The notes: generated by a model from the letters alone, not told the origin. Shown: positions 49,084-60,253, counted from the first letter of the stretch. The stretch: DNA of 64,000 bases from a virus (IMGVR_UViG_3300008120_000059:64001-128000), one strand, 5' to 3'. Translations and numbers: made by a program.

Positions 49084-50000
49084 TATTCTGTTATAGTATC
49101 AAAGTTTAAGGTTTCGTCTACGTCATTTCTTTCTTCACGAATCTCATATAATGTTTCATTAAATTCGTCTTTAACTTCGTAAAGATTGTATTGTCTATAG
49201 ATGTTATTATTATTGTCATAGATGGTATAGATACCTTGTGAAACCGCTTTACTTTGATTACCATAAAGAGCATGTGCCAATGTTGAAGCATCATGTTCAA
49301 CCATTTCTACCTCAATTGTGGTGGGATTTAAATATGTGTTTGTTAATATGATTTTTTGTGATGGTACACCAATAAATGGAACCGTATTTGGTTTATTTGT
49401 TGGTGCTGAAGATGGTGTTACTGTTAAAAACATCAAATTGGTTGCCTGTTCACTATACTGATATCTGATAGCTTTTTGTGATGTACTTGTTAAATTTGAA
49501 ACAATTGGTGTACAGTAGAACGAAGATGTTACGATTCTATAAAAATTTGGAATTTTTTTATTGTCAGATGAATTAATGTACTCAATTCTATATCCAACAA
49601 GTCCTTGTGGTGTAAATTTATTTCTATCATCAGCAGGAACATTGGATAAGTCAATGACCAATCCTCTAACTGAAGGTAGAGACGCTAAAATTCCACAATC
49701 AGTAATTGAAGTTCTTATTTGTTTTGGTCTTATATGGAGTGTGTATACACCTAAATCCGCAAAATCGGATGCGGTTAATTTTAAGTTGTACAATCCACCT
49801 AAGATTTCAACATTAGGTGCTGAAGTATCATCCGTGGTGTTCGAATTATGATAAACAGGGGTTAATACTTCAGCTGAACTTAATTTCTTAAGAGTAACAG
49901 TCGAAGTGCTATTTCTATCCGCAACGTAATGAAAATAAATTTCAACGTCTTCGGGTGACACATCTGATGGTCTAATTATACCGTAACTACCTACTGCCAT
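49083..50000 (-). CDS. virion structural protein (baseplate cluster)
   Basis: 305 aa, TAATG-coupled, TATTTAT box upstream. Confidence 0.6.
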   Translation of the reverse strand: MAVGSYGIIRPSDVSPEDVEIYFHYVADRNSTSTVTLKKLSSAEVLTPVYHNSNTTDDTSAPNVEILGGLYNLKLTASDFADLGVYTLHIRPKQIRTSITDCGILASLPSVRGLVIDLSNVPADDRNKFTPQGLVGYRIEYINSSDNKKIPNFYRIVTSSFYCTPIVSNLTSTSQKAIRYQYSEQATNLMFLTVTPSSAPTNKPNTVPFIGVPSQKIILTNTYLNPTTIEVEMVEHDASTLAHALYGNQSKAVSQGIYTIYDNNNNIYRQYNLYEVKDEFNETLYEIREERNDVDETLNFDTITE

Positions 50001-50011
50001 GTTTTTTTATA

Positions 50012-50018
50012 ATAAATA
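50012..50018 (-). promoter_or_regulatory. TATTTAT box
   Basis: 11 nt upstream of ATG 50000. Confidence 0.5.
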
Positions 50019-50024
50019 TGAAAA

Positions 50025-51191
50025 TTATTGTTTTCTAATATTAAAATATCCGTTTCCATAAATTGATAATTCACCTGTGTTGTCAATTTCAGATAATCGT
50101 AATGTTTTTTCCATTACACCTTGTTTTCCTCTTTCAACAAAAATGTCAGAATAGATTACTGGTTCATCAATAAATCCTAAGAAATGTTCATTTCTTGTAA
50201 TAACCTTATTGATGACTTCTTCTTTTGTAAATCCTGATGTTGTACCAGTAATTGTAGTGATTCCATCCTCAAAATCTTGATAATACAAATTATCAATTGT
50301 GTATGCACTGTAAGCCACACCATTTGTTACTCCTGTAGTTACACCTGAGTATGTATTTGAACCGTATAATTTTAATTCGCTAATTTTACTTTTACCAATT
50401 GCAGCATATGTAAATGTGGTATAACCTGTGTTGGTTCCATTATAGTCTAAATCGTTTAGATAATTTTGACTTTGACCCGATATGTTGGTGTATGGTATTG
50501 TGAACCCGGAGAATGTCCCTAATGGGTTAGAGACAGTGGTATTTGAAGGTACTTGTACTTTCTTTTTAGTTTCAAACTGACTCCATGGTGTGTTGATTGA
50601 AATTGATATGGTTGTTTCGCCGGTGGATGAATATGTTTTTGTTGCGGTAATTCCAGTTGTTGATAGAATACTTGTAGTCCCGTCTCCCCAACTGACAGTA
50701 AAATCGATAAAATGTATTTCAGAAACTTTACTCGTGTCCACCGTATTGTAAACCTGAACTGTGTTACCGGTCTGAGTATAAGAAAAGTTACAAATTTGTT
50801 CAACTTGTTCAAGTTCCCCATCAAAACCAACCATTACACCCATTTCGTCAACGTGTGTTTCTAAAAATATCGGTAACATGTGTTCACCATACGCCTCCCC
50901 TTTTGTAATATTGTTCCAACCATATAGTTCTAAAGTTAAATCACAACCAGCGTCTCCGTAAGAGTTGGTTGGTATGGTGGTTCCCGTCCACATGTAGTAT
51001 CCATTACTAACAGTACCACCAGTGACGTTATACACTATAAAACCATCTAAAGGGTCAAGATATTGAGACTCCGACCACGATATTAAACTACCCAAACTAT
51101 TGTACCAATATGGACCATCGTTTGAATACAATTTAACATTAGGAATATTTTTCCTAAGTATTTCGTATTTTGTTGGTGATTTAATATCCAT
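50025..51191 (-). CDS. structural protein with PKD/Ig-like segment
   Basis: FTVSWGDGT...TKTYSSTGETTISISI (PKD-like WGDG motif). Confidence 0.6.
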   Translation of the reverse strand: MDIKSPTKYEILRKNIPNVKLYSNDGPYWYNSLGSLISWSESQYLDPLDGFIVYNVTGGTVSNGYYMWTGTTIPTNSYGDAGCDLTLELYGWNNITKGEAYGEHMLPIFLETHVDEMGVMVGFDGELEQVEQICNFSYTQTGNTVQVYNTVDTSKVSEIHFIDFTVSWGDGTTSILSTTGITATKTYSSTGETTISISINTPWSQFETKKKVQVPSNTTVSNPLGTFSGFTIPYTNISGQSQNYLNDLDYNGTNTGYTTFTYAAIGKSKISELKLYGSNTYSGVTTGVTNGVAYSAYTIDNLYYQDFEDGITTITGTTSGFTKEEVINKVITRNEHFLGFIDEPVIYSDIFVERGKQGVMEKTLRLSEIDNTGELSIYGNGYFNIRKQ

Positions 51192-52024
51192 TATTGTTTT
51201 CTTTCATAAAAATTTATTGGTGCGGTTACTATTCCTTTTCTTGTACCTAATGAACCATTATACGCATAAACTATGTATGAATAATTTGTTCTATCTATAA
51301 TTACTTTATAGTAGACATCTTCTTCTTCAGCATACGGTGTTGTTGCATTTACATTTTTTGATTTATTTACAAAATCAATAACACTTCCGTCTTTTGCATT
51401 ATAGTACTTGGCGGTCATATAAAATGTATTTCCCGTAATATTTGTTTCATCAAATGGTGAATCATCCGCAAACCAAAAAAAGTACATATTTTCCGTATTT
51501 CTGTAGTTTGAACCAGTGAAAACAGGGACATAAACAAAATCGTTTAGAGGTAACGTAGCTCCCGACGGTGTGCCTGTATAATATATTCTTTCACCAAGAG
51601 GGAGTGATAAATTCTTTGCAAAAACCAATCTTCTATTCGTTTGATTTGGTGATGCGTCATTATTAGTTTTGTAAAACTCTAATCTGAAAAAACTTTCTGT
51701 TGACTGTTTTAACATTTTAGAATTTTCTTCCATTGTTATTCCAACGTCTTCATAATTTTGTGAGTAATTACCAAAACTATTCAAAAAATAAAAATTATAC
51801 CATATGTCCGTTTGGTTAAAAGTATTATCAGTTACCGGTGAAACTTGGTCATATGCGGTATGTATGTATCTTACAGTTTCATAATTTTCAGTTGGGTTGA
51901 TGATTTCATATAAAATCTCTTGCTCCATCTGCTCAGCATTATCAGTCCAACCCAAATCTGTTTTAAACATTTGGTTTGATGGAATTATAATTGTTTGGTC
52001 ATTATTTTTAGCAAGAATTTTCAT
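51191..52024 (-). CDS. virion structural protein (baseplate cluster)
   Basis: 277 aa, coupled to neighbours. Confidence 0.6.
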   Translation of the reverse strand: MKILAKNNDQTIIIPSNQMFKTDLGWTDNAEQMEQEILYEIINPTENYETVRYIHTAYDQVSPVTDNTFNQTDIWYNFYFLNSFGNYSQNYEDVGITMEENSKMLKQSTESFFRLEFYKTNNDASPNQTNRRLVFAKNLSLPLGERIYYTGTPSGATLPLNDFVYVPVFTGSNYRNTENMYFFWFADDSPFDETNITGNTFYMTAKYYNAKDGSVIDFVNKSKNVNATTPYAEEEDVYYKVIIDRTNYSYIVYAYNGSLGTRKGIVTAPINFYERKQ

Positions 52025-52025
52025 A

Positions 52026-53786
52026 TTAACATTTAAACTTGTTTACGTTCTTAACTTTATCTTGTTTATTCCTGTAGATATTTTCGTTTCGTAAATAAAA
52101 ATCAATATCACTTTTTACATAATGTATATTATTAATAAAAGGAAAGTTGGTACCGAAACCATCAGGGTCAATAAATCCATGGTCGTATAAATCTCTCCAT
52201 TTCCATAACGCCTCGTCTTCAAAATATTTTGAATTCTGTGGTAATCCGTATACTTGATTTGTTGTTGAAGTTTCAATATATGGTGACAATTGTCTTAGTT
52301 TTACTCTATGGTGTGGTTGATAATAAAGACCATACATGTTTGTCATTGAACCACCTGAAAAGGTTACAGTTGTACCCGTTTGTCCATAATCAAAAACAAA
52401 TAAAGGATTAGAGAATCTGTGATATGATTCACTTATAATTCTTTCTTTTAATTCTGAACGATTGTATTCAACAAAGGCACCATGTAAAACTGTACCAACA
52501 GGTAAATCTACACCTGTTGTAAAATTATAGGTTGTTGCACTAATCGTTCTCGAGAAACCACTTGTTAATATGGACGTTTCAGTAGTTCCTGTACCATTAA
52601 AATGTTCGTCAACCCATGTATCATGAAAATTGAATTTCCAACCAACTTTAGGTGGGTATTCAAAATAACCGTTTCTATTGGCCAAAATGGTACTTACATA
52701 AACTTCAGTTGGTAAATAACCTAAATTATTAGTTAATCCCGTAAGAACAAATGGTTCTTTGAAATCATAAATTAATGATTCCATCATATTCCTTTCAACC
52801 AAAACATCAGAAACACCAGCACTATTTTCTAAAAGTAATTTTCTTTCGTTTTCCCAAATAGATGACTCAAATCCAATTTTGTCTAATATATAATCTTCCC
52901 TTTCTGTTAGTGTTTTGTGTTTGTGAACGTAATAATTAGATGTGGAACCTGTTATGTCATTTCTGTCAAGACATCGTTTACCAAAAACAACTGTTGAAAG
53001 TGTTGAACCAGAGGGTAATTCGGATTTAGATATTTCTAAAACATATTTTTCAGAATTATATATTGAGTCACCAACACTTATAATTGTGAATGTTTTACCC
53101 GTGACATTTACCGCGTTATTAAAACTACCTCCGCTTAGTGTAATAAATTCACCCGATAACATTCCGTGTTCTACAGGACTTGTTAACTTGTATGTGTTAC
53201 CATTGCTTTCAACCCTAAAAGGTATTCCATCGCCTGATGTAAAACTAAAATAAGTTCCACCACTTAATGAATATTTCATCGGATAAGCACTGTCTTGACC
53301 ATAAACATATGAAAGGTATATGTTCCAATTGTGATATGGTGCTTGTATGGACGATATTGAGGTGTGTTCAGTTTCTCCTGAATAAGCAAAAATGGGACTG
53401 TACGTTGTTAATGATGAAATAGTTTGTATAGTGTTTATTTGTCTTACCACATCTTTTCTTAAAAAAGCAAATTCTTGGTAGGGTATGAAACCTGTAAAAT
53501 CATTATTACCACCGTCACCAACCAAATACAGTCTTTTTAATAATGGATTATATTCAGATGAACCACTATAAAGATTTCTAAAAACCATTTTTAGTTTACC
53601 ATGAATTTTATAGCTATTACTTTCGTTCCTTTCTTTATTAAAGAGCTCCGCGTTACTTAGAATAATTGTTCTGTCACCTTCTCTTAAAAGATTCTCAGTT
53701 TCCTCTAACCCAACACGAATTGTTTGGTCTTCATTGATTGAACCAAAAAATTTTTTAGATGGTAATATAATCCTTTTTTTATCCAT
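52026..53786 (-). CDS. virion structural protein (baseplate cluster)
   Basis: 586 aa, beta-rich, coupled. Confidence 0.6.
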   Translation of the reverse strand: MDKKRIILPSKKFFGSINEDQTIRVGLEETENLLREGDRTIILSNAELFNKERNESNSYKIHGKLKMVFRNLYSGSSEYNPLLKRLYLVGDGGNNDFTGFIPYQEFAFLRKDVVRQINTIQTISSLTTYSPIFAYSGETEHTSISSIQAPYHNWNIYLSYVYGQDSAYPMKYSLSGGTYFSFTSGDGIPFRVESNGNTYKLTSPVEHGMLSGEFITLSGGSFNNAVNVTGKTFTIISVGDSIYNSEKYVLEISKSELPSGSTLSTVVFGKRCLDRNDITGSTSNYYVHKHKTLTEREDYILDKIGFESSIWENERKLLLENSAGVSDVLVERNMMESLIYDFKEPFVLTGLTNNLGYLPTEVYVSTILANRNGYFEYPPKVGWKFNFHDTWVDEHFNGTGTTETSILTSGFSRTISATTYNFTTGVDLPVGTVLHGAFVEYNRSELKERIISESYHRFSNPLFVFDYGQTGTTVTFSGGSMTNMYGLYYQPHHRVKLRQLSPYIETSTTNQVYGLPQNSKYFEDEALWKWRDLYDHGFIDPDGFGTNFPFINNIHYVKSDIDFYLRNENIYRNKQDKVKNVNKFKC

Positions 53787-56700
53787 TATTCTTGAGATGG
53801 GAACGCACCTTTTGGTCCAAATAATTTTATAAATTTATCAACCGCAGTTGCGCCTGGTCTTAATCCAAAATAAAATAAGAATGGTGTTGATAATATTTGT
53901 TTATTACCAGTATAATTTACTTGTGTTGGTTTTAATATAAAATCAACATCATTATTCCACGGTTTTGAAGCCCATCCCCCCACCTCTCCAACTCTAATCC
54001 ACAAAGTACCTGCATCCGGTGATAAAGTGGTTCCTGATGTTATATGTAAAACAGTAAACCCTTCCTCTTGATTGTTGTAGTTTAGATGCACGTCGTTTGT
54101 ATCTTCAACATCAAACGAACCATCGTTAACATCAGCACCTGCGATTGTGAATGTATCTCCCGAATATGTTTTTGTCATCGGAAATAAAACATAATTATAT
54201 GTTGAATCACCCGTAAACGCATAATTATACGTCATTCCTTGTAATCTCTGAGAAACAACAGTGGCATAATCCCAAGATTGTCCATATCCTTCACCAAAAC
54301 CTTGTCCGTCCTTATCCCAATAAAAAAATGGAACAATTTGTGACGATTCTGTTAACCTACCTGGTTCATTTAGACAAACTCTAACCCTATAACCGTCATC
54401 GTCTAAAACAAAATTTATCGGCATTGGTCCATTCGTTGTTCCGGATTGTGATTTAAATAATTGAACATAATCATCAGGGTCAAGAATTACAGGACTGTAT
54501 TGACCATAATATCTATTTTGTAAATCAAATTCCTCAATACCGGCTTCATTGTTAATTGATATTAATTGTAAAACGTCACCATTTAATATTTCTTTATTAG
54601 TGTTAAACGGGTAGTATGAAGTGTATCCATTATTAGAGAAAAAATCTTTATAATTATAATTGGCGTTTGTGTCAAGTCTGTAATTAATGTAAAGACCCAA
54701 CATTTCTTTAAAATTTTGATACGATGTTGAACCTATACTTCTAACAATAGAGCAATTTGGGTCTAATGTTGGGTCTACACAAATTTCTTTAATAAATTCA
54801 TCTCTTGGACCTAAATCCATTATTGTTGTTGGGTGTCTTAGGGTACTGAATTCAGAACCTGATGCCGTTTTTTGGAAAATCGAGCCGTTCCATTTTGTGG
54901 ACCTGTAATAAAATTTTTTTACTGCGTCATTTGATGTTTTTTCTGAAACTTTATAATATAGTAAATTTTGACAGTAATTGGTCCCTCTGACGTTCAAATC
55001 TAAAGTTTCTTCATTGTCCCATCTCACTCTAGCTTTGAAAGGGAACATATAAAGAGAACCCGCTAACCAGTTGTCAAAAAAGGAATAATTAGCAATACCT
55101 TCGCAGAAAACTTTATTTACCAATTTTCTTCTTGCATATTCTCTGATTAATTTAAATTGTACATCTCTATTGTCTGTATGAGCCGCGGGAATTACTGTGT
55201 AAACACCAAATCTAAATTCAGAAAAACCACTTCTCGTGTCACATTTTATCGAACAAGGGTTTTTGGACAAGTCATTAGCTGCTGCTTGTCCAACTACCAT
55301 TAAGTTTAAATTATTACAATTTGTACCAGGGTTTGCCGTTGTTCCACTATAATCGGCAGTAGTACCGCTTGCACAGTAACTTATTTTTACAATACCACTA
55401 TCGTCATATATTGTATTTTGAGATAAACACCCTTCGGGTAAAGATGTGGAATCAAACGAGCTTGTTGTTGAACCGGTTATCGGGTAATTTGAATCGTATA
55501 TTTCGTAAGTGAATCCCGACCAAACATAATCTTTTGGGATTGTTGGGTCGTTCCATTGTAACCACGAATTTGCGGACGCTAAATCTCTACCTAAAACACC
55601 TGTTGTTGAACCACAAGTATAGTTTCTGTAAAGAAAAGTATAACTATTTCCTGTTGTTAATCCACTTAATGCTGTAATATCGGCCGTTTGTGCACCTGAA
55701 TGAGCTAGATAAGAAGTAACCCTTATGTAATAATTTCTATTAGGATTTACTATTATATTGTTTATAATTGTTGATAATGATTGTCCATACGTGTAACCCG
55801 TATAATAATAAGATGTTAAACCACTTGAGGGTGATTCACTTAAAAAATATTCTCTTTCAGTTGGGTCATAGTCACATATAAAAATATCTGTCACCGTGGA
55901 ATCACAGGTTCCTGTTACCACGGGTACACCATCTCCACCAGCGTAGGACATAGAACCATCTCTAGCGCAAACACCTGTAACTGATGACCCACTAAATGGT
56001 ATTGATTGGGATTGAATTGAGTTATTAGTACAATCTCTCCAAGTATAGGTGGTTGTGCCAGTAGTTGGTGGTGGTAAAGTGTATGTTGTACAATTAACCA
56101 AAAAAGTAAGTTTGTCTCGAACCGCGGTACCACTAGCGACTTTTTGATATATGTTAGAAGGGTCGGTGTCAGTCGACGAATCTTCCGTAAAAACTTGAAT
56201 TTCATCACAAGATTCACATTCGGGATATATTGTTAAACTTAATCTTACTGTTCCCAATGCTTGTAATGGTTCAATAATTGATTCATCCCACCCGTCAAAA
56301 GGTGCCCAATAAAAAGTCCATCCTAAAATATTCCAAGGACCAATTCTAACTTTTTCATAAATTAATTGAAATGGAGCAATGATAATTTGAACAGCACCAA
56401 CAAAGGCGGTATATATGACTCTTTCGAACGCATTAATAATAATCGCCAAAAGAATTGCAAAACTAAACTTTCTCCACGCATAATTTATTGGTGGGGTGAC
56501 AACACTTGATTCGCAATCTTCTTCCGCTTTTGGTGCAATATCTTTTATACCTAAAAAGTTGTCTTTACCACCTTTAAAATGCCCACCCATGTAAGATGTT
56601 ACAGTGTAGACTTTGTTATATGTAAATCTATAGAAATAATCCTCAGGATAATAACTTCCATAAGTCTGATTGAATATTACTGATGAACTTGTGGCTGAAG

Positions 56701-57910
56701 TTGGGTAGTCGTCCCAATTTAATGAAAACGCATATGAACCATCAACGTCGGAATTGTACTCCCTAATGTTTGGTATCAAATAACTAGCAACATATCTAAC
56801 CCTACCTAAAGTTTCATTTTTACCTGATATTCTGAATCTATAACAAGCCGATGTTGGTATTCCTTTGTTAGGGTCATTTGTTGTTTCATTTTCACCAAAT
56901 TCATTTGTGTACACAAAATCCATGTTCATGGGTAATGGGACCACAAATGAACCATCGTCCTCGATATCTTCTTGTATTTCGTATCTCTCAAGTATTGGTC
57001 GACCACTACTGTCTTTATTTGGTGTAAACCTTATTATTTCAATAACAGCATCAAATGTGGTTAAATCACATTTTCGACCCATCTCACCTCTTGGTCTACA
57101 ATTTTTATTTATTGTATTTTTACCTTTATCCGAATATATTGAACCTAATAGATACGCTTTTGGCTCTACTTTAACCCCTTTACTTGATAAATCAAAATCA
57201 GTTCTGGTTAATCCAATTTCACATAAATCTTCGTTACCCCAAAAAGGATAAACTTCTATAGTTTGATTAAAAGAAACTATTTGAGGTAAAGTGTCTAAAT
57301 CATTTGACGCTTTGTACGAATATGTATTTTTGAATTTGTCAACACCTAAACCTTGTCTAATAAAATCGTCAGGTCTAAGTGAAAAACACCCAATATCAGA
57401 TAAATCTACATCAACATGAATTGTTTGTGTCCCTACAGGAACACCCCAAATCATGAAGTCACCAGCATCGTTTGTTTTTACAGTGTATTTGTAATATTTT
57501 TCATAAACCTCAAGAACCTCTTCTCTCGTTAAAATATCTTTTTGGTCAGGGAATGTACCGGTTGGTTCGTGTCCACCGTGTTGTTTTCGACTTGGTAAAA
57601 GATTATATCTATATCCTTCATCATTTTTACTATCTACCGTGGTAAATGGATATAACTCAGAAATTACGGGGTCGTTTGAATCTTCTTCGGATATTGGAAT
57701 GAAAATAGAAACTCTAGCATTTGGAACACCGAATCCATTGTTTACAAAGATTCTTCCACAAACAACACCATAGTCCGCACACATTGAGGAGTATACCTCC
57801 GTCTGTGTGAATTTAAGGGATAATATTTCCAATAAGTCAAAGTCGTTTTTTAATTCGACAACAACTTTTTGGTCTTTACCTATATTTGTGGAAATTCTGT
57901 GTTTCTGCAT
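53786..57910 (-). CDS. large structural protein (baseplate hub/tail-associated) with internal hydrophobic stretch and Cys-rich insert
   Basis: 1374 aa; N-terminal GRIFVNNGFGVPNARVSIF...TNDAGDFMIWGVPVG (transthyretin-like beta-sandwich pattern). Confidence 0.6.
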   Translation of the reverse strand: MQKHRISTNIGKDQKVVVELKNDFDLLEILSLKFTQTEVYSSMCADYGVVCGRIFVNNGFGVPNARVSIFIPISEEDSNDPVISELYPFTTVDSKNDEGYRYNLLPSRKQHGGHEPTGTFPDQKDILTREEVLEVYEKYYKYTVKTNDAGDFMIWGVPVGTQTIHVDVDLSDIGCFSLRPDDFIRQGLGVDKFKNTYSYKASNDLDTLPQIVSFNQTIEVYPFWGNEDLCEIGLTRTDFDLSSKGVKVEPKAYLLGSIYSDKGKNTINKNCRPRGEMGRKCDLTTFDAVIEIIRFTPNKDSSGRPILERYEIQEDIEDDGSFVVPLPMNMDFVYTNEFGENETTNDPNKGIPTSACYRFRISGKNETLGRVRYVASYLIPNIREYNSDVDGSYAFSLNWDDYPTSATSSSVIFNQTYGSYYPEDYFYRFTYNKVYTVTSYMGGHFKGGKDNFLGIKDIAPKAEEDCESSVVTPPINYAWRKFSFAILLAIIINAFERVIYTAFVGAVQIIIAPFQLIYEKVRIGPWNILGWTFYWAPFDGWDESIIEPLQALGTVRLSLTIYPECESCDEIQVFTEDSSTDTDPSNIYQKVASGTAVRDKLTFLVNCTTYTLPPPTTGTTTYTWRDCTNNSIQSQSIPFSGSSVTGVCARDGSMSYAGGDGVPVVTGTCDSTVTDIFICDYDPTEREYFLSESPSSGLTSYYYTGYTYGQSLSTIINNIIVNPNRNYYIRVTSYLAHSGAQTADITALSGLTTGNSYTFLYRNYTCGSTTGVLGRDLASANSWLQWNDPTIPKDYVWSGFTYEIYDSNYPITGSTTSSFDSTSLPEGCLSQNTIYDDSGIVKISYCASGTTADYSGTTANPGTNCNNLNLMVVGQAAANDLSKNPCSIKCDTRSGFSEFRFGVYTVIPAAHTDNRDVQFKLIREYARRKLVNKVFCEGIANYSFFDNWLAGSLYMFPFKARVRWDNEETLDLNVRGTNYCQNLLYYKVSEKTSNDAVKKFYYRSTKWNGSIFQKTASGSEFSTLRHPTTIMDLGPRDEFIKEICVDPTLDPNCSIVRSIGSTSYQNFKEMLGLYINYRLDTNANYNYKDFFSNNGYTSYYPFNTNKEILNGDVLQLISINNEAGIEEFDLQNRYYGQYSPVILDPDDYVQLFKSQSGTTNGPMPINFVLDDDGYRVRVCLNEPGRLTESSQIVPFFYWDKDGQGFGEGYGQSWDYATVVSQRLQGMTYNYAFTGDSTYNYVLFPMTKTYSGDTFTIAGADVNDGSFDVEDTNDVHLNYNNQEEGFTVLHITSGTTLSPDAGTLWIRVGEVGGWASKPWNNDVDFILKPTQVNYTGNKQILSTPFLFYFGLRPGATAVDKFIKLFGPKGAFPSQE

Positions 57911-57916
57911 TATTCT

Positions 57917-57923
57917 ATAAATA
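57917..57923 (-). promoter_or_regulatory. TATTTAT box
   Basis: 6 nt upstream of ATG 57910. Confidence 0.5.
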
Positions 57924-57962
57924 GAAAATTATGGATTTCCAGAAAAATAAATAAAAATTAAA

Positions 57963-59795
57963 TTAGAATGTAGTCGTTCCTAATGTTTTTACTCTAACTT
58001 TTATATCTTTCTGAGGAAATCTTATTTGATATATTTGGTTAGATTTCATATAGATAGTCATATCGGATTGAGCAATTTCTTTTGTGGTTGGGTCAATATA
58101 TGATTGTAACACTTCAGAAGATGAATATTCTCCACCTACGTTATTGAAAACTCTTATATCGACAGCGTTTACCACTCCATTTACTTCACCTATTGTTTTA
58201 TATAAATCACCAACAAATAATGGGTCACCCATTTTTCTTTTTTCAATTGAAAAATAACTAACAGTATCCTCGATAATAGTTTTAACAATCTCTGTTTGGT
58301 TACCATTTTTATCAATAACAACGTCAATCTCTAGTGTGAAATCAACCACTTCACCGCTTTGAACTTCTAAAAAGTCATTAACCATTCGGTACTCGGCTAA
58401 GTAAGATAAAATGTTGTTTTTTAATGTGTTTGAAACAGTATCAATAAGATTACCATTCTCATCATATGACAATAATTTAATTTTTATTTTATTGTCTTCT
58501 TCCATCACGTTTACCTTAGCGGGAGCCCCATATGTTGATGGCATTGTCTCAATTAAAGATTTATAATCATTAAGAGTTACCGCCCTATTTTGTGCAGAGA
58601 AGTTATATGCTATCATGTTTCTAACTTCTTCAATTGTGGGTTGGTCCGCACCTCCAACAGCTGGTGTTACGTTGGTTACGGTTAAAGAATTTTGTACTTG
58701 AGTGTTCGTTGATGAGTTAGGTCCATTAATAGAAAATTCAACATTATCTACACTTGTAATAATATCAATACCGAGATTACTATCCTTACCTCCTCCAATT
58801 CTATATTTTATGAATAACGTTGTATTTGATTTCGGTAAAGCACCTAATGATAGGTTATTCAAATACGTTCCAAGACTTACTCTTAAAGTACCTTGGTTAT
58901 AGTTGTCCAAATTATCCAATGGATTAACATTACCAGAACCAAATGTTACCGAAAAATAATTTTCGGGAGTATATTCTGTAATAAATTTATTTGTAACTGG
59001 AACGTATGTTCCCGATATGAAATTATCACTATCAGATGCCGATGTTGGGTCGGGCACAAATACTTTATCTTGTATTAATGATTTTACTTCGTACCATTTA
59101 TTTTCAGAACTTAAAAATTCAGAGTTAGTTGGATTATTTACAAAGTTTGTTCCCTCTTTATGAATTACTCCACTCACCCCTAATATGTTTTGTTCAGGTA
59201 AGAATATTTTTAAGAAAGGTTTTTGGTCAACTTCTGTTATAACTTTTCTATATATTCTTGTTACACCATTTACAACAGCTTCTCTTTTTACAATTGAGTA
59301 TGATATGAGTCTATTATTACCATCAAAATTTGGGATTTTTAATCTGTTTGGTTCACCTCTTTTATTGAAGGGATTTGAGAAATCAATATCGTCGATGGTT
59401 TCAAAAACTTGTCCCCCACCCGATACTTGTGCACCTGATTTTATAGTCCCCAAATAACGCTCATCTTCTTTATCTCCTCTAACAGGTACTTGTATTGTAA
59501 AATCACACAAAGAAACCGATGGTCTATTACCTGGTATTCTCATACCATATGTTTTGGCAATATGATACAATGATTGTCTTTGTTGTGCAAAATCTAGCAT
59601 TGTCTCTTGCCAAACCCTATCAATGTGAAAATGTAAATTGTCTGTCACAGCGGCATTTAAATCCAATAAAACAGAATAAATTGATGCGTCATTTGTATTC
59701 TTAATCAAATCGGGATAATATTCCCTTGTGAGATTAACTAGTTCCTGTCTTAAACTCGCAAAGTCTCTGACGGCGTATGATATTTTTTTAGCCAT
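57963..59795 (-). CDS. baseplate wedge subunit (T4 gp6 / baseplate J-like)
   Basis: DFASLRQEL, YRIGGG, GGADQPTIEEVR, QNRAVTLNDYK. Confidence 0.88.
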   Translation of the reverse strand: MAKKISYAVRDFASLRQELVNLTREYYPDLIKNTNDASIYSVLLDLNAAVTDNLHFHIDRVWQETMLDFAQQRQSLYHIAKTYGMRIPGNRPSVSLCDFTIQVPVRGDKEDERYLGTIKSGAQVSGGGQVFETIDDIDFSNPFNKRGEPNRLKIPNFDGNNRLISYSIVKREAVVNGVTRIYRKVITEVDQKPFLKIFLPEQNILGVSGVIHKEGTNFVNNPTNSEFLSSENKWYEVKSLIQDKVFVPDPTSASDSDNFISGTYVPVTNKFITEYTPENYFSVTFGSGNVNPLDNLDNYNQGTLRVSLGTYLNNLSLGALPKSNTTLFIKYRIGGGKDSNLGIDIITSVDNVEFSINGPNSSTNTQVQNSLTVTNVTPAVGGADQPTIEEVRNMIAYNFSAQNRAVTLNDYKSLIETMPSTYGAPAKVNVMEEDNKIKIKLLSYDENGNLIDTVSNTLKNNILSYLAEYRMVNDFLEVQSGEVVDFTLEIDVVIDKNGNQTEIVKTIIEDTVSYFSIEKRKMGDPLFVGDLYKTIGEVNGVVNAVDIRVFNNVGGEYSSSEVLQSYIDPTTKEIAQSDMTIYMKSNQIYQIRFPQKDIKVRVKTLGTTTF

Positions 59796-59796
59796 A

Positions 59797-60249
59797 TTAT
59801 ATGTTAATAATTATAAAATCGGACGAAACAAAAGGTTCGTTATTTATGTCATAGTCAATTCGAACTTTTGCGGTATATGGTTTGGTTGAATAATCAGAAA
59901 CTCTAAACAATCTTGAGTCCTCATCTTCTTGTGGGCTCATAGATTCTTCAGGGTCTTGGTCAGCGGGTGTAACTCTAATTGATTTTATTTCTAAATTAGG
60001 TATGTATAATTTCACCGCAGTTCTTATTTCATCTTCTATCTGACCCCATGTTACAGCGTCATTTGGTTCAAAAATAAATTCATATAATCTAGTCCCAAAA
60101 TCAGGTAAATAATATCTTGAACCCTTTCTTGTTAATAACAAGTGAATCAAGTTTGCACGAATCTCTCTCTCAGGGGTTTCGGTCATAACCAAAAAATCAC
60201 CCTTAGGACTAATTCTGAATGGAAAATCTATACCATATGTAATCGCCAT
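59797..60249 (-). CDS. baseplate gp25-like protein
   Basis: GIDFPF, IRANLIHLLLTRKGSRYYLPDFGTRLYEFIFEP. Confidence 0.9.
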   Translation of the reverse strand: MAITYGIDFPFRISPKGDFLVMTETPEREIRANLIHLLLTRKGSRYYLPDFGTRLYEFIFEPNDAVTWGQIEDEIRTAVKLYIPNLEIKSIRVTPADQDPEESMSPQEDEDSRLFRVSDYSTKPYTAKVRIDYDINNEPFVSSDFIIINI

Positions 60250-60253
60250 ACTA

